A stretch of 64,000 nt of DNA from Utricularia gibba (lineage: Eukaryota; Plantae; Magnoliophyta): assembly GCA_002189035.1 (NCBI GenBank), contig NEEC01000027.1:620001-684000 (forward strand), written 5' to 3'. Under the pieces are notes generated by a model. It saw only the letters and a program-made list of their open reading frames with translations, was not told where the DNA came from and made no database searches. This document shows positions 24,501 to 37,882 of this stretch, piece by piece; position 1 is the stretch's first letter, and each line of letters starts with the position of its first letter. Made by a program: the position numbers and the translations under genes.

Positions 24501-27500
24501 GGACGACAAAGCTTCCAACACGGAAGATGACCGGCTCAGAATGAGCTTTGAAACGGTATCCTGTGCGTAGCGTGACTCATCACGGTTTGCAAGATATCGA
24601 CAAGATATTGAACGAGGCAAGAGGCATGCATCATGTGTGCGTAGGAACACACCCGTGGCATTGTAAGGGATCGCGTCGAAAACGAAATTTTCACACCTTC
24701 CAATGAAATGCATATGTTTTGCAAGCGAGAAATCACATTCGCGTCGAATCGGAAGTCCCGAGTCGCATCGTCGCGAACGTTGTGGCCAATTTGGGGCACA
24801 ATTGAAGGCTAAAATACGGCAATAATTCGAGCTCTGATACATCGTCGGACGACAAAGCTTCCAACACGGAAGATGACCGGCTCAGAATGAGATTTAAAAC
24901 GTCATGCTGTGCGCAGCGTGACTCATCACGGTTTGCAAGATATTGCAAGATATTGAACGCGGCACGAAGCATGCATCAGTTGTGCGTATGAACACACCCG
25001 TGGCATTGTAAGGGATCACCTCAAAAATGAAAATTTCACACCTTCCAATGAAATCCATATGTTTTACAAACGAGAAATCACATTCGCGTCGAATCGGAAG
25101 CCCGAGTCGAATTATCGCGAACGTCATGGCAACTTTGTGGCACAATTGAAGGCTAATATAAGGAAATAATTCGAGCTCTGATAAATCGTCGGACGACGAA
25201 GCTTCCATCACGGATGATGACCGCCTCGGAATGAGCTTCGAAACGGTGTGTCGTGCGCAACGCGGGTAATCACGGTTTTGAAGATATCGACAAAATACGG
25301 AATGGTGCACGAGGTCTACATCAGGTGTGGGTTGGAAAACACCCGTGGCATTGTAAGGGATCGCCTCGAAAACGAAAATTTCACACCTTCCAATGAAATG
25401 CATATGTATTGCATGCGCGAAATCCCATTCCTGTCGAATCGGAAGTCCCGAGTCAAACCATCGCGAACGTCGTGGCCACTTTGTGGCACAATTGAAGGCT
25501 AATAGAAGGCAATAATTCGAGCTCTGATACATTGTCGGACGACAAAGCTTCCAACACGGAAGATGACCGGCTCAGAATGAGCTTTGAAACGGTATCCTGT
25601 GCGTAGCGTGACTTATCACGGTTTGCAAGATATCGACAAGATATTGAACGAGGCACGAGGCATGCATCATGTGTGCGTAGGAACACACCCGTGGCATTGT
25701 AAGGGATCGCGTCGAAAACAAAAATTTCACACCTTCCAATGAAATGCATATGCTTTGCATGCGAGAAATCCCATTCCTGTCGAATCGGAAGTCCCGAGTC
25801 ACACCATCGCGAACGTCGTGGCCACTTTGTGGCACAATTGAAGGCTAATAGAAGGCAATAATTAGAGCTCTGATACATCGTCGGATTACGAAGCTTCCAA
25901 CACGGAAGATGCCGGCTAAGAATGAGCTTTGAAACGTCATGCCGTGCGCAGCGTGACTCATCACGGTTTGCAAGATATCGACAAGATATTGAACGAGGCA
26001 CGAGGCATGCATCAGGTGTGCGTAAGAACACACCCGTGCATTGTAAGGGATCGCCTCGAAAACGAAAATTTCACACCTTCCAATGAAATGCATATGTATT
26101 GCATGCGCGAAATCCCATTCCTGTCGAATCGGAAGTCCCGAGTCAAACATCGCGAACGTCGTGGCCACTTTGTGGCACAATTGAAGGCTAATAGAAGGCA
26201 ATAATTCGAGCTCTGATACATTGTCGGACGACAAAGCTTCCAACACGGAAGATGACCGGCTTAGAATGAGCTTTGAAACGGTATCCTGTGCGTAGCGTGA
26301 CTTATCACGGTTTGCAAGATATCGACAAGATATTGAACGAGGCACGAGGCATGCATCATGTGTGCGTAGGAACACACCCGTGGCATTGTAAGGGATCGCG
26401 TCGAAAACAAAATTTCACACCTTCCAATGAAATGCATATGCTTTGCATGCGAGAAATCCCATTCCTGTCGAATCGGAAGTCCCGAGTCACACCATCGCGA
26501 ACGTCGTGGCCACTTTGTGGCACAATTGAAGGCTAATAGAAGGCAATAATTAGAGCTCTGATACATCGTCGGATTACGAAGCTTCCAACACGGAAGATGC
26601 TCGGCTAAGAATGAGCTTTGAAACGTCATGCCGTGCGCAGCGTGACTCATCACGGTTTGCAAGATATCGACAAGATATTGAACGAGGCACGAGGCATGCA
26701 TCAGGTGTGCGTAAGAACACACCCGTGCATTGTAAGGGATCGCCTCGAAAACGAAAATTTCACACCTTCCAATGAAATGCATATGTATTGCATGCGAGAA
26801 ATCCCATTCCTGTCGAATCGGAAGTCCGAGTCACACCATCGCGAACGTCGTGGCCACTTTGTGGCACAATTGAAGGCTAATAGAAGGCAATAATTCGAGC
26901 TCTGATACATTGTCGGACGACAAAGCTTCCAACACGGAAGATGACCGGCTCAGAATGAGCTTTGAAACGGTATCCTGTGCGTAGCGTGACTCATCACGGT
27001 TTGCAAGATATCGACAAGATATTGAACGAGGCACGAGGCATGCATCATGTGTGCGTAGGAACACACCCGTGGCATTGTAAGGGATCGCGTCGAAAACGAA
27101 ATTTCACACCTTCCAATGAAATGATATGTTTTGCAAGCGAGAAATCACATTCGCGTCGAATCGGAAGTCCCGAGTCGCATCGTCGCGAACGTCGTGGCCA
27201 ATTTGGGGCACAATTGAAGGCTAAAATACGGCAATAATTCGAGCTCTGATACATCGTCGGACGACAAAGCTTCCAACACGGAAGATGACCGGCTCAGAAT
27301 GAGATTTAAAACGTCATGCTGTGCGCAGCGTGACTCATCACGGTTTGCAAGATATTGCAAGATATTGAACGCGGCACGAAGCATGCATCAGTTGTGCGTA
27401 TGAACACACCCGTGGCATTGTAAGGGATCACCTCAAAAATGAAAATTTCACACCTTCCAATGAAATCCATATGTTTTACAAACGAGAAATCACATTCGCA

Positions 27501-30500
27501 TCGAATCGGAAGCCCGAGTCGAATTATCGCGAACGTCATGGCAACTTTGTGGCACAATTGAAGGCTAATATAAGGAAATAATTCGAGCTCTGATAAATCG
27601 TCGGACGACGAAGCTTCCATCACGGATGATGACCGCCTCGGAATGAGCTTCGAAACGGTGTGTCGTGCGCAACGCGGGTAATCACGGTTTTGAAGATATC
27701 GACAAAATACGGAATGGTGCACGAGGTCTACATCAGGTGTGGGTTGGAAAACACCCGTGGCATTGTAAGGGATCGCCTCGAAAACGAAAATTTCACACCT
27801 TCCAATGAAATGCATGCGCGAAATCCCATTCCTGTCGAATCGGAAGTCCCGAGTCAAACCATCGCGAACGTCGTGGCCACTTTGTGGCACAATTGAAGGC
27901 TAATAGAAGGCAATAATTCGAGCTCTGATACATTGTCGGACGACAAAGCTTCCAACACGGAAGATGACCGGCTCAGAATGAGCTTTGAAACGGTATCCTG
28001 TGCGTAGCGTGACTTATCACGGTTTGCAAGATATCGACAAGATATTGAACGAGGCACGAGGCATGCATCATGTGTGCGTAGGAACACACCCGTGGCATTG
28101 TAAGGGATCGCGTCGAAAACGAAAATTTCACACCTTCCAATGAAATGCATATGTTTTGCATGCGAGAAATCATTCGCATCGAATCGGAAGTCCCGAGTCG
28201 CATCGTCACGAACGTCGTGGCCAATTTGGGGCACAATTGAAGGCTAAAATACGGCAATAATTCGAGCTCTGATACATCGTCGGACGACAAAGCTTCCAAC
28301 ACGGAAGATGACCGGCTCAGAATGAGATTTAAACGTCATGCTGTGCGCAGCGTGACTCATCACGGTTTGCAAGATATTGCAAGATATTGAACGCGGCACG
28401 AAGCATGCATCAGTTGTGCGTATGAACACACCCGTGGCATTGTAAGGGATCACCTCAAAAATGAAAATTTCACACCTTCCAATGAAATCCATATGTTTTA
28501 CAAACGAGAAATCACATTCGCGTCGAATCGGAAGCCCCGAGTCGAATTATCGCGAACGTCATGGCAACTTTGTGGCACAATTGAAGGCTAATATAAGGAA
28601 ATAATTCGAGCTCTGATAAATCGTCGGACGACGAAGCTTCCATCACGGATGATGACCGCCTCGGAATGAGCTTCGAAACGGTGTGTCGTGCGCAACGCGG
28701 GTAATCACGGTTTTGAAGATATCGACAAGATATTGAACGAGGCACGAGGCATGCATCAGGTGTGCGTAAGAACACACCCGTGGCATTGTAAGGGATCGCC
28801 TCGAAAACGAAAATTTCACACCTTCCAATGAAATCCATATGTTTGATAGCGATAAATCACATTCGTCGAATCGGAAGTCCCGAGTCGCATCGTCGCGAAC
28901 GTCGTGGCCAATTTGGGGCACAATTGAAGGCTAACATACGACAATAATTCGAGCTCTGATACATCGTCGGATGACAAAGCTTCCAACACGGAAGATGACC
29001 GCCTCGAATGAGCTTCGAAACGGTGTGTCGTGCGCTACGTGCTCATCACGGTTTTCAAGATATCGATAAAATACAGAATGGTGCACGAGGCATGCATCAT
29101 GTGTGCGTAAGAACACACCCGGCATTGTAAGGGATCGCCTCGAAAACGAAAATTTCACACCTTCCAATGAAATGCATATGTATTGCATGCGCGAAATCCC
29201 ATTCCTGTCGAATCGGAAGTCCCGAGTCAAACCATCGCGAACGTCGTGGCCACTTTGTGGCACAATTGAAGGCTAATAGAAGGCAATAATTCGAGCTCTG
29301 ATACATTGTCGGACGACAAAGCTTCCAACACGGAAGATGACCGGCTCAGAATGAGCTTTGAAACGGTATCCTGTGCGTAGCGTGACTTATCACGGTTTGC
29401 AAGATATCGACAAGATATTGAACGAGGCACGAGGCATGCATCATGTGTGCGTAGGAACACACCCGTGGCATTGTAAGGGATCGCGTCGAAAACAAAAATT
29501 TCACACCTTCCAATGAAATGCATATGCTTTGCATGCGAGAAATCCCATTCCTGTCGAATCGGAAGTCCCGAGTCACACCATCGCGAACGTCGTGGCCACT
29601 TTGTGGCACAATTGAAGGCTAATAGAAGGCAATAATTAGAGCTCTGATACATCGTCGGATTACGAAGCTTCCAACACGGAAGATGCTCGGCTAAGAATGA
29701 GCTTTGAAACGTCATGCCGTGCGCAGCGTGACTCATCACGGTTTGCAAGATATCGACAAGATATTGAACGAGGCACGAGGCATGCATCAGGTGTGCGTAA
29801 GAACACACCCGTGGCATTGTAAGGGATCGCCTCGAAAACGAAAATTTCACACCTTCCAATGAAATGCATATGTATTGCATGCGCGAAATCCCATTCCTGT
29901 CGAATCGGAAGTCCCGAGTCAAAGCATCGCGAACGTCGTGGCCACTTTGTGGCACAATTGAAGGCTAATAGAAGGCAATAATTCGAGCTCTGATACATTG
30001 TCGGACGACAAAGCTTCCAACACGGAAGATGACCGGCTTAGAATGAGCTTTGAAACGGTATCTGTGCGTAGCGTGACTTATCACGGTTTGCAAGATATCG
30101 ACAAGATATTGAACGAGGCACGAGGCATGCATCATGTGTGCGTAGGAACACACCCGTGGCATTGTAAGGGATCGCGTCGAAAACAAAAATTTCACACCTT
30201 CCAATGAAATGCATATGCTTTGCATGCGAGAAATCCCATTCCTGTCGAATCGGAAGTCCCGAGTCACACCATCGCGAACGTCGTGGCCACTTTGTGGCAC
30301 AATTGAAGGCTAATAGAAGGCAATAATTCGAGCTCTGATACATTGTCGGACGACAAAGCTTCCAACACGGAAGATGACCGGCTCAGAATGAGCTTTGAAA
30401 CGGTATCCTGTGCGTAGCGTGACTCATCACGGTTTGCAAGATATCGACAAGATATTGAACGAGGCAAGAGGCATGCATCATGTGTGCGTAGGAACACACC

Positions 30501-32224
30501 CGTGGCATTGTAAGGGATCGCGTCGAAAACGAAATTTTCACACCTTCCAATGAAATGAATATGTTTTGCAAGCGAGAAATCACATTCGCGTCGAATCGGA
30601 AGTCCCGAGTCGCATCGTCGCGAACGTTGTGGCCAATTTGGGGCACAATTGAAGGCTAAAATACGGCAATAATTCGAGCTCTGATACATCGTCGGACGAC
30701 AAAGCTTCCAACACGGAAGATGACCGGCTCAGAATGAGATTTAAAACGTCATGCTGTGCGCAGCGTGACTCATCACGGTTTGCAAGATATTGCAAGATAT
30801 TGAACGCGGCACGAAGCATGCATCAGTTGTGCGTATGAACACACCCGTGGCATTGTAAGGGATCACCTCAAAAATGAAAATTTCACACCTTCCAATGAAA
30901 TCCATATGTTTTACAAACGAGAAATCACATTCGCGTCGAATCGGAAGCCCCGAGTCGAATTATCGCGAACGTCATGGCAACTTTGTGGCACAATTGAAGG
31001 CTAATATAAGGAAATAATTCGAGCTCTGATAAATCGTCGGACGACGAAGCTTCCATCACGGATGATGACCGCCTCGGAATGAGCTTCGAAACGGTGTGTC
31101 GTGCGCAATGCGGGTAATCACGGTTTTGAAGATATCAACAAAATACGGAATTGTGCACGAGGTCTACATCAGGTGTGGTTGGAAACACCCGTGGCATTGT
31201 AAGGGATCGCCTCGAAAACGAAAATTTCACACCTTCCAATGAAATCCATATGTTTGATAGCGAGAAATCACATTCACGTCGAATCGGAAGTCCCGAGTCG
31301 CATCGTCGCAACGTCGTGGCCAATTTGGGGCACAATTGAAGGCTAATATACGACAATAATTCGAGCTCTGATACATCGTCGGATGACAAAGCTTCCAACA
31401 CGGAAGATGACCGCCTCCGAATGAGCTTCGAAACGGTGTGTCGTGCGCAACGCGGTAATCACGGTTTGAAGATATCGACAAAATACGGAATGGTGCACGA
31501 GGCTACATCAGGTGTGGGTTGGAAAACACCCGTGGCATTGTAAGGGATCGCCTCGAAAACGAAAATTTCACACCTTCCAATGAAATGCATGCGCGAAATC
31601 CCATTCCTGTCGAATCGGAAGTCCCGAGTCAAACCATCGCGAACGTCGTGGCCACTTTGTGGCACAATTGAAGGCTAATAGAAGGCAATAATTCGAGCTC
31701 TGATACATTGTCGGACGACAAAGCTTCCAACACGGAAGATGACCGGCTCAGAATGAGCTTTGAAACGGTATCCTGTGCGTAGCGTGACTTATCACGGTTT
31801 GCAAGATATCGACAAGATATTGAACGAGGCACGAGGCATGCATCATGTGTGCGTAGGAACACACCCGTGGCATTGTAAGGGATCGCGGCGAAAACAAAAA
31901 TTTCACACCTTCCAATGAAATGCATATGCTTTGCATGCGAGAAATCCCATTCCTGTCGAATCGGAAGTCCCGAGTCACACCATCGCGAACGTCGTGGCCA
32001 CTTTGTGGCACAATTGAAGCTAATAGAAGGCAATAATTAGAGCTCTGATACATCGTCGGATTACGAAGCTTCCAACACGGAAGATGCTCGGCTAAGAATG
32101 AGCTTTGAAACGTCATGCCGTGCGCAGCGTGACTCATCACGGTTTGCAAGATATCGACAAGATATTGAACGAGGCACGAGGCATGCATCAGGTGTGCGTA
32201 AGAACACACCCGTAGCATTGTAAG

Positions 32225-33055
32225 GGATCGCCTCAAAACGAAAATTTCACACCTTCCAATGAAATGCATATGTTTTGCATGTGAGAAATCGCATTCGCGT
32301 CGAATCGGAAGTCCCGAATCGCATCGTCGCGATCGTCGTTGCCACTTTGTGGCACAATTGATGGCTAATATAAGGCAATAAATCGAGCTCTGATACATCG
32401 TCGAACGACGATGCTTCCAACACGGAAGATGACCGCCTTCGAATGAGCTTCGAAACGGTGTGTCGTGCGCGACGCGGGTAATCACAGTTTTGAAGATATC
32501 GACAAAATACGGAATGGTGCACGAGGTCTACATCAGGTGTGGGTTGTAAGGGATCGCCTCGAAAACGAAAATTTCACACCTTCCAATGAAATCCATATGT
32601 CTTGAAAGCGAGAAATCACATTCGCGTCGAATCGGAAGTCCCGAATCGCATCGTCGCGATCGTCGTGGCCACTGTGTGCCACAAATGAAGGCTAATATAA
32701 GTCAATAATTCATGCTCTCATACATCGTCGGTCGACAAAGCTCCAACACGGAAGATGACCGGCTCGGAATGAGCTTCGAAACGGTGTGTCGTGCGCAACG
32801 CGGCTCATCACGGTTCTCAAGATATCGACAAAATACGGGATGGTGCACGAGTCCTGTATCAGGTTTGGGTTGGAACACACCCGACGCATTGTAAGGGATC
32901 GCCGCGAAAACGAAAATTTCACACCTTCCAATGAAATGCATATGTTTTGCAAATGAGAAATCACATTCGCGTCTAATCGGAAGTCCGAGTCGCATCGTCA
33001 CGAACATCGTGGCCACTTTGTGGCATAATTGAAGGCTAATATAAGGCAATAATTC
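32225..33055. repeat. Island of divergent satellite monomers (3' part H, then I and J), copy 1
   Basis: Many private substitutions: gcatgtgagaaatcgcattcg, cccgaatcgcatcgtcgcgatcgtcg, attgatggc, gtcgaacgacgatgc, ccactgtgtgccacaaatg, ggtttgggttggaacacacccgacgc. It also has a 19-bp deletion at ~32546 and has lost the SacI site (catgctctcata at ~32711). Confidence 0.92.
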
Positions 33056-35126
33056 GAGCTCTGATACATTGTCGGACGACAAAGCTTCCAACACGGAAGA
33101 TGACCGGCTAATAATGAGCTTTGAAACGGTATCCTGTGCGTAGCGTGACTCATCACGGTTTGCAAGATATCGACAAGATATTGAACGAGGCACGAGGCAT
33201 GCATCATGTGTGCGTAGGAACACACCCGTGGCATTGTAAGGGATCGCGTCGAAAACGAAAATTTCACACCTTCCAATGAAATGCATATGTTTTGCATGCG
33301 AGAAATCACATTCGCATCGAATCGGAAGTCCCGAGTCGCATCGTCGCGAACGTCGTGGCCAATTTGGGGCACAATTGAAGGCTAAAATACGGCAATAATT
33401 CGAGCTCTGATACATCGTCGGACGACAAAGCTTCCAACACGGAAGATGACCGGCTCAGAATGAGATTTAAAACGTCATGCTGTGCGCAGCGTGACTCATC
33501 ACGGTTTGCAAGATATTGCAAGATATTGAACGCGGCACGAAGCATGCATCAGTTGTGCGTATGAACACACCCGTGGCATTGTAAGGGATCACCTCAAAAA
33601 TGAAAATTTCACACCTTCCAATGAAATCCATATGTTTTACAAACGAGAAATCACATTCGCGTCGAATCGGAAGCCCCGAGTCGAATTATCGCGAACGTCA
33701 TGGCATTTTTGTGGCACAATTGAAGGCTAATATAAGGAAATAATTCGAGCTCTGATAAATCGTCGGACGACGAAGCTTCCATCACGGATGATGACCGCCT
33801 CAGAATGAGCTTCGAAACGGTGTGTCGTGCGCAACGCGGGTAATCACGGTTTTGAAGATATCGACAAGATATTGAACGAGGCACGAGGCATGCATCAGGT
33901 GTGCGTAAGAACACACCCGTGGCATTGTAAGGGATCGCCTCGAAAACGAAAATTTCACACCTTCCAATGAAATCCATATGTTTGATAGCGATAATCACAT
34001 TCACGTCGAATCGGAAGTCCCGAGTCGCATCGTCGCGAACGTCGTGGCCAATTTGGGGCACAATTGAAGGCTAACATACGACAATAATTCGAGCTCTGAT
34101 ACATCGTCGGATGACAAAGCTTCCAACACGGAAGATGACCGCCTCCGAATGAGCTTCGAAACGGTGTGTCGTGCGCTACGTGGCTCATCACGGTTTTCAA
34201 GATATCGATAAAATACAGAATGGTGCACGAGGCATGCATCATGTGTGCGTAAGAACACACCCGTGGCATTGTAAGGGATCGCCTCGAAAACGAAAATTTC
34301 ACACCTTCCAATGAAATGCATATGTATTGCATGCGCGAAATCCCATTCCTGTCGAATCGGAAGTCCCGAGTCAAACCATCGCGAACGTCGTGGCCACTTT
34401 GTGGCACAATTGAAGGCTAATAGAAGGCAATAATTCGAGCTCTGATACATTGTCGGACGACAAAGCTTCCAACACGGAAGATGACCGGCTTAGAATGAGC
34501 TTTGAAACGGTATCCTGTGCGTAGCGTGACTTATCACGGTTTGCAAGATATCGACAAGATATTGAACGAGGCACGAGGCATGCATCATGTGTGCGTAGGA
34601 ACACACCCGTGCATTGTAAGGGATCGCGTCGAAAACAAAAATTTCACACCTTCCAATGAAATGCATATGCTTTGCATGCGAGAAATCCCATTCCTGTCGA
34701 ATCGGAAGTCCCGAGTCACACCATCGCGAACGTCGTGGCCACTTTGTGGCACAATTGAAGGCTAATAGAAGGCAATAATTAGAGCTCTGATACATCGTCG
34801 GATTACGAAGCTTCCAACACGGAAGATGCTCGGCTAAGAATGAGCTTTGAAACGTCATGCCGTGCGCAGCGTGACTCATCACGGTTTGCAAGATATCGAC
34901 AAGATATTGAACGAGGCACGAGGCATGCATCAGGTGTGCGTAAGAACACACCCGTCGCATTGTAAGGGATCGCCTCGAAAACGAAAATTTCACACCTTCC
35001 AATGAAATGCATATGTATTGCATGCGCGAAATCCCATTCCTGTCGAATCGGAAGTCCGAGTCAAAGCATCGCGAACGTCGTGGCCACTTTGTGGCACAAT
35101 TGAAGGCTAATAGAAGGCAATAATTC
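33056..35126. repeat. Hexameric HOR variant C-D-F-G-A-B (2071 bp), in which F and G replace E
   Basis: F has an E-like 5' end and the 3' end tccatatgt(c/t)ttgatagcg..cacattcacgtcg..ggctaacatacgac. G has tcggatgacaaag..cgcctccgaatg..gcgctacgtggctc..gataaaatacagaatgg. D-to-D distance is 33402 to 35473 = 2071. Similar F-G pairs occur at 6469, 18269, 28608, 38903, 43019, 53216 and 58328. Confidence 0.85.
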
Positions 35127-37882
35127 GAGCTCTGATACATTGTCGGACGACAAAGCTTCCAACACGGAAGATGACCGGCTTAGAATGAGCTTTGAAACGG
35201 TATCCTGTGCGTAGCGTGACTTATCACGGTTTGCAAGATATCGACAAGATATTGAACGAGGCACGAGGCATGCATCATGTGTGCGTAGGAACACACCCGT
35301 GGCATTGTAAGGGATCGCGTCGAAAACGAAAATTTCACACCTTCCAATGAAATGCATATGTTTTGCATGCGAGAAATCACATTCGCATCGAATCGGAAGT
35401 CCCGAGTCGCATCGTCGCGAACGTCGTGGCCAATTTGGGGCACAATTGAAGGCTAAAATACGGCAATAATTCGAGCTCTGATACATCGTCGGACGACAAA
35501 GCTTCCAACACGGAAGATGACCGGCTCAGAATGAGATTTAAAACGTCATGCTGTGCGCAGCGTGACTCATCACGGTTTGCAAGATATTGCAAGATATTGA
35601 ACGCGGCACGAAGCATGCATCAGTTGTGCGTATGAACACACCCGTGCATTGTAAGGGATCACCTCAAAAATGAAAATTTCACACCTTCCAATGAAATCCA
35701 TATGTTTTACAAACGAGAAATCACATTCGCGTCGAATCGGAAGCCCCGAGTCGAATTATCGCGAACGTCATGGCAACTTTGTGGCACAAATTGAAGGCTA
35801 ATATAAGGAAATAATTCGAGCTCTGATAAATCGTCGGACGACGAAGCTTCCATCACGGATGATGACCGCCTCGGAATGAGCTTCGAAACGGTGTGTCGTG
35901 CGCAACGCGGGTAATCACGGTTTTGAAGATATCGACAAAATACGGAATGGTGCACGAGGTCTACATCAGGTGTGGGTTGGAAAACACCCGTGGCATTGTA
36001 AGGGATCGCCTCGAAAACGAAAATTTCACACCTTCCAATGAAATGCATATGTATTGCATGCGCGAAATCCCATTCCTGTCGAATCGGAAGTCCCGAGTCA
36101 AAGCATCGCGAACGTCGTGGCCACTTTGTGGCACAATTGAAGGCTAATAGAAGGCAATAATTCGAGCTCTGATACATTGTCGGACGACAAAGCTTCCAAC
36201 ACGGAAGATGACCGGCTTAGAATGAGCTTTGAAACGGTATCCTGTGCGTAGCGTGACTTATCACGGTTTGCAAGATATCGACAAGATATTGAACGAGGCA
36301 CGAGGCATGCATCATGTGTGCGTAGGAACACACCCGTGGCATTGTAAGGGATCGCGTCGAAAACAAAAATTTCACACCTTCCAATGAAATGCATATGCTT
36401 TGCATGCGAGAAATCCATTCCTGTCGAATCGGAAGTCCCGAGTCACACCATCGCGAACGTCGTGGCACTTTGTGGCACAATTGAAGGCTAATAGAAGGCA
36501 ATAATTAGAGCTCTGATACATCGTCGGATTACGAAGCTTCCAACACGGAAGATGCTCGGCTAAGAATGAGCTTTGAAACGTCATGCCGTGCGCAGCGTGA
36601 CTCATCACGGTTTGCAAGATATCGACAAGATATTGAACGAGGCACGAGGCATGCATCAGGTGTGCGTAAGAACACACCCGTGCATTGTAAGGGATCGCCT
36701 CGAAAACGAAAATTTCACACCTTCCAATGAAATGCATATGTATTGCATGCGCGAAAATCCCATTCCTGTCGAATCGGAAGTCCCGAGTCAAAGCATCGCG
36801 AACGTCGTGGCCACTTTGTGGCACAATTGAAGGCTAATAGAAGGCAATAATTCGAGCTCTGATACATTGTCGGACGACAAAGCTTCCAACACGGAAGATG
36901 ACCGGCTAGAATGAGCTTTGAAACGGTATCCTGTGCGTAGCGTGACTCATCACGGTTTGCAAGATATCGACAAGATATTGAACGAGGCACGAGGCATGCA
37001 TCATGTGTGCGTAGGAAACACACCCGTGGCATTGTAAGGGATCGCGTCGAAAACGAAAATTTCACACCTTCCAATGAAATGCATATGTTTGCATGCGAGA
37101 AATCACATTCGCATCGAATCGGAAGTCCCGAGTCGCATCGTCGCGAACGTCGTGGCCAATTTGGGGCACAATTGAAGGCTAAAATACGGCAATAATTCGA
37201 GCTCTGATACATCGTCGGACGACAAAGCTTCCAACACGGAAGATGACCGGCTCAGAATGAGATTTAAACGTCATGCTGTGCGCAGCGTGACTCATCACGG
37301 TTTGCAAGATATTGCAAGATATTGAACGGGCACGAAGCATGCATCAGTTGTGCGTATGAACACACCCGTGGCATTGTAAGGGATCACCTCAAAAATGAAA
37401 ATTTCACACCTTCCAATGAAATCCATATGTTTTACAAACGAGAAATCACATTCGCGTCGAATCGGAAGCCCCGAGTCGAATTATCGCGAACGTCATGGCA
37501 ACTTTGTGGCACAATTGAAGGCTAATATAAGGAAATAATTCGAGCTCTGATAAATCGTCGGACGACGAAGCTTCCATCACGGATGATGACCGCCTCGGAA
37601 TGAGCTTCGAAACGGTGTGTCGTGCGCAACGCGGGTAATCACGGTTTGAAGATATCGACAAACGGAATGGTGCACGAGGTCTACATCAGGTGTGGGTTGG
37701 AAAACACCCGTGGCATTGTAAGGGATCGCCTCGAAAACGAAAATTTCACACCTTCCAATGAAATGCATATGTATTGCATGCGCGAAATCCCATTCCTGTC
37801 GAATCGGAAGTCCCGAGTCAAACCATCGCGAACGTCGTGGCCACTTTGTGGCACAATTGAAGGCTAATAAAGGCAATAATTC

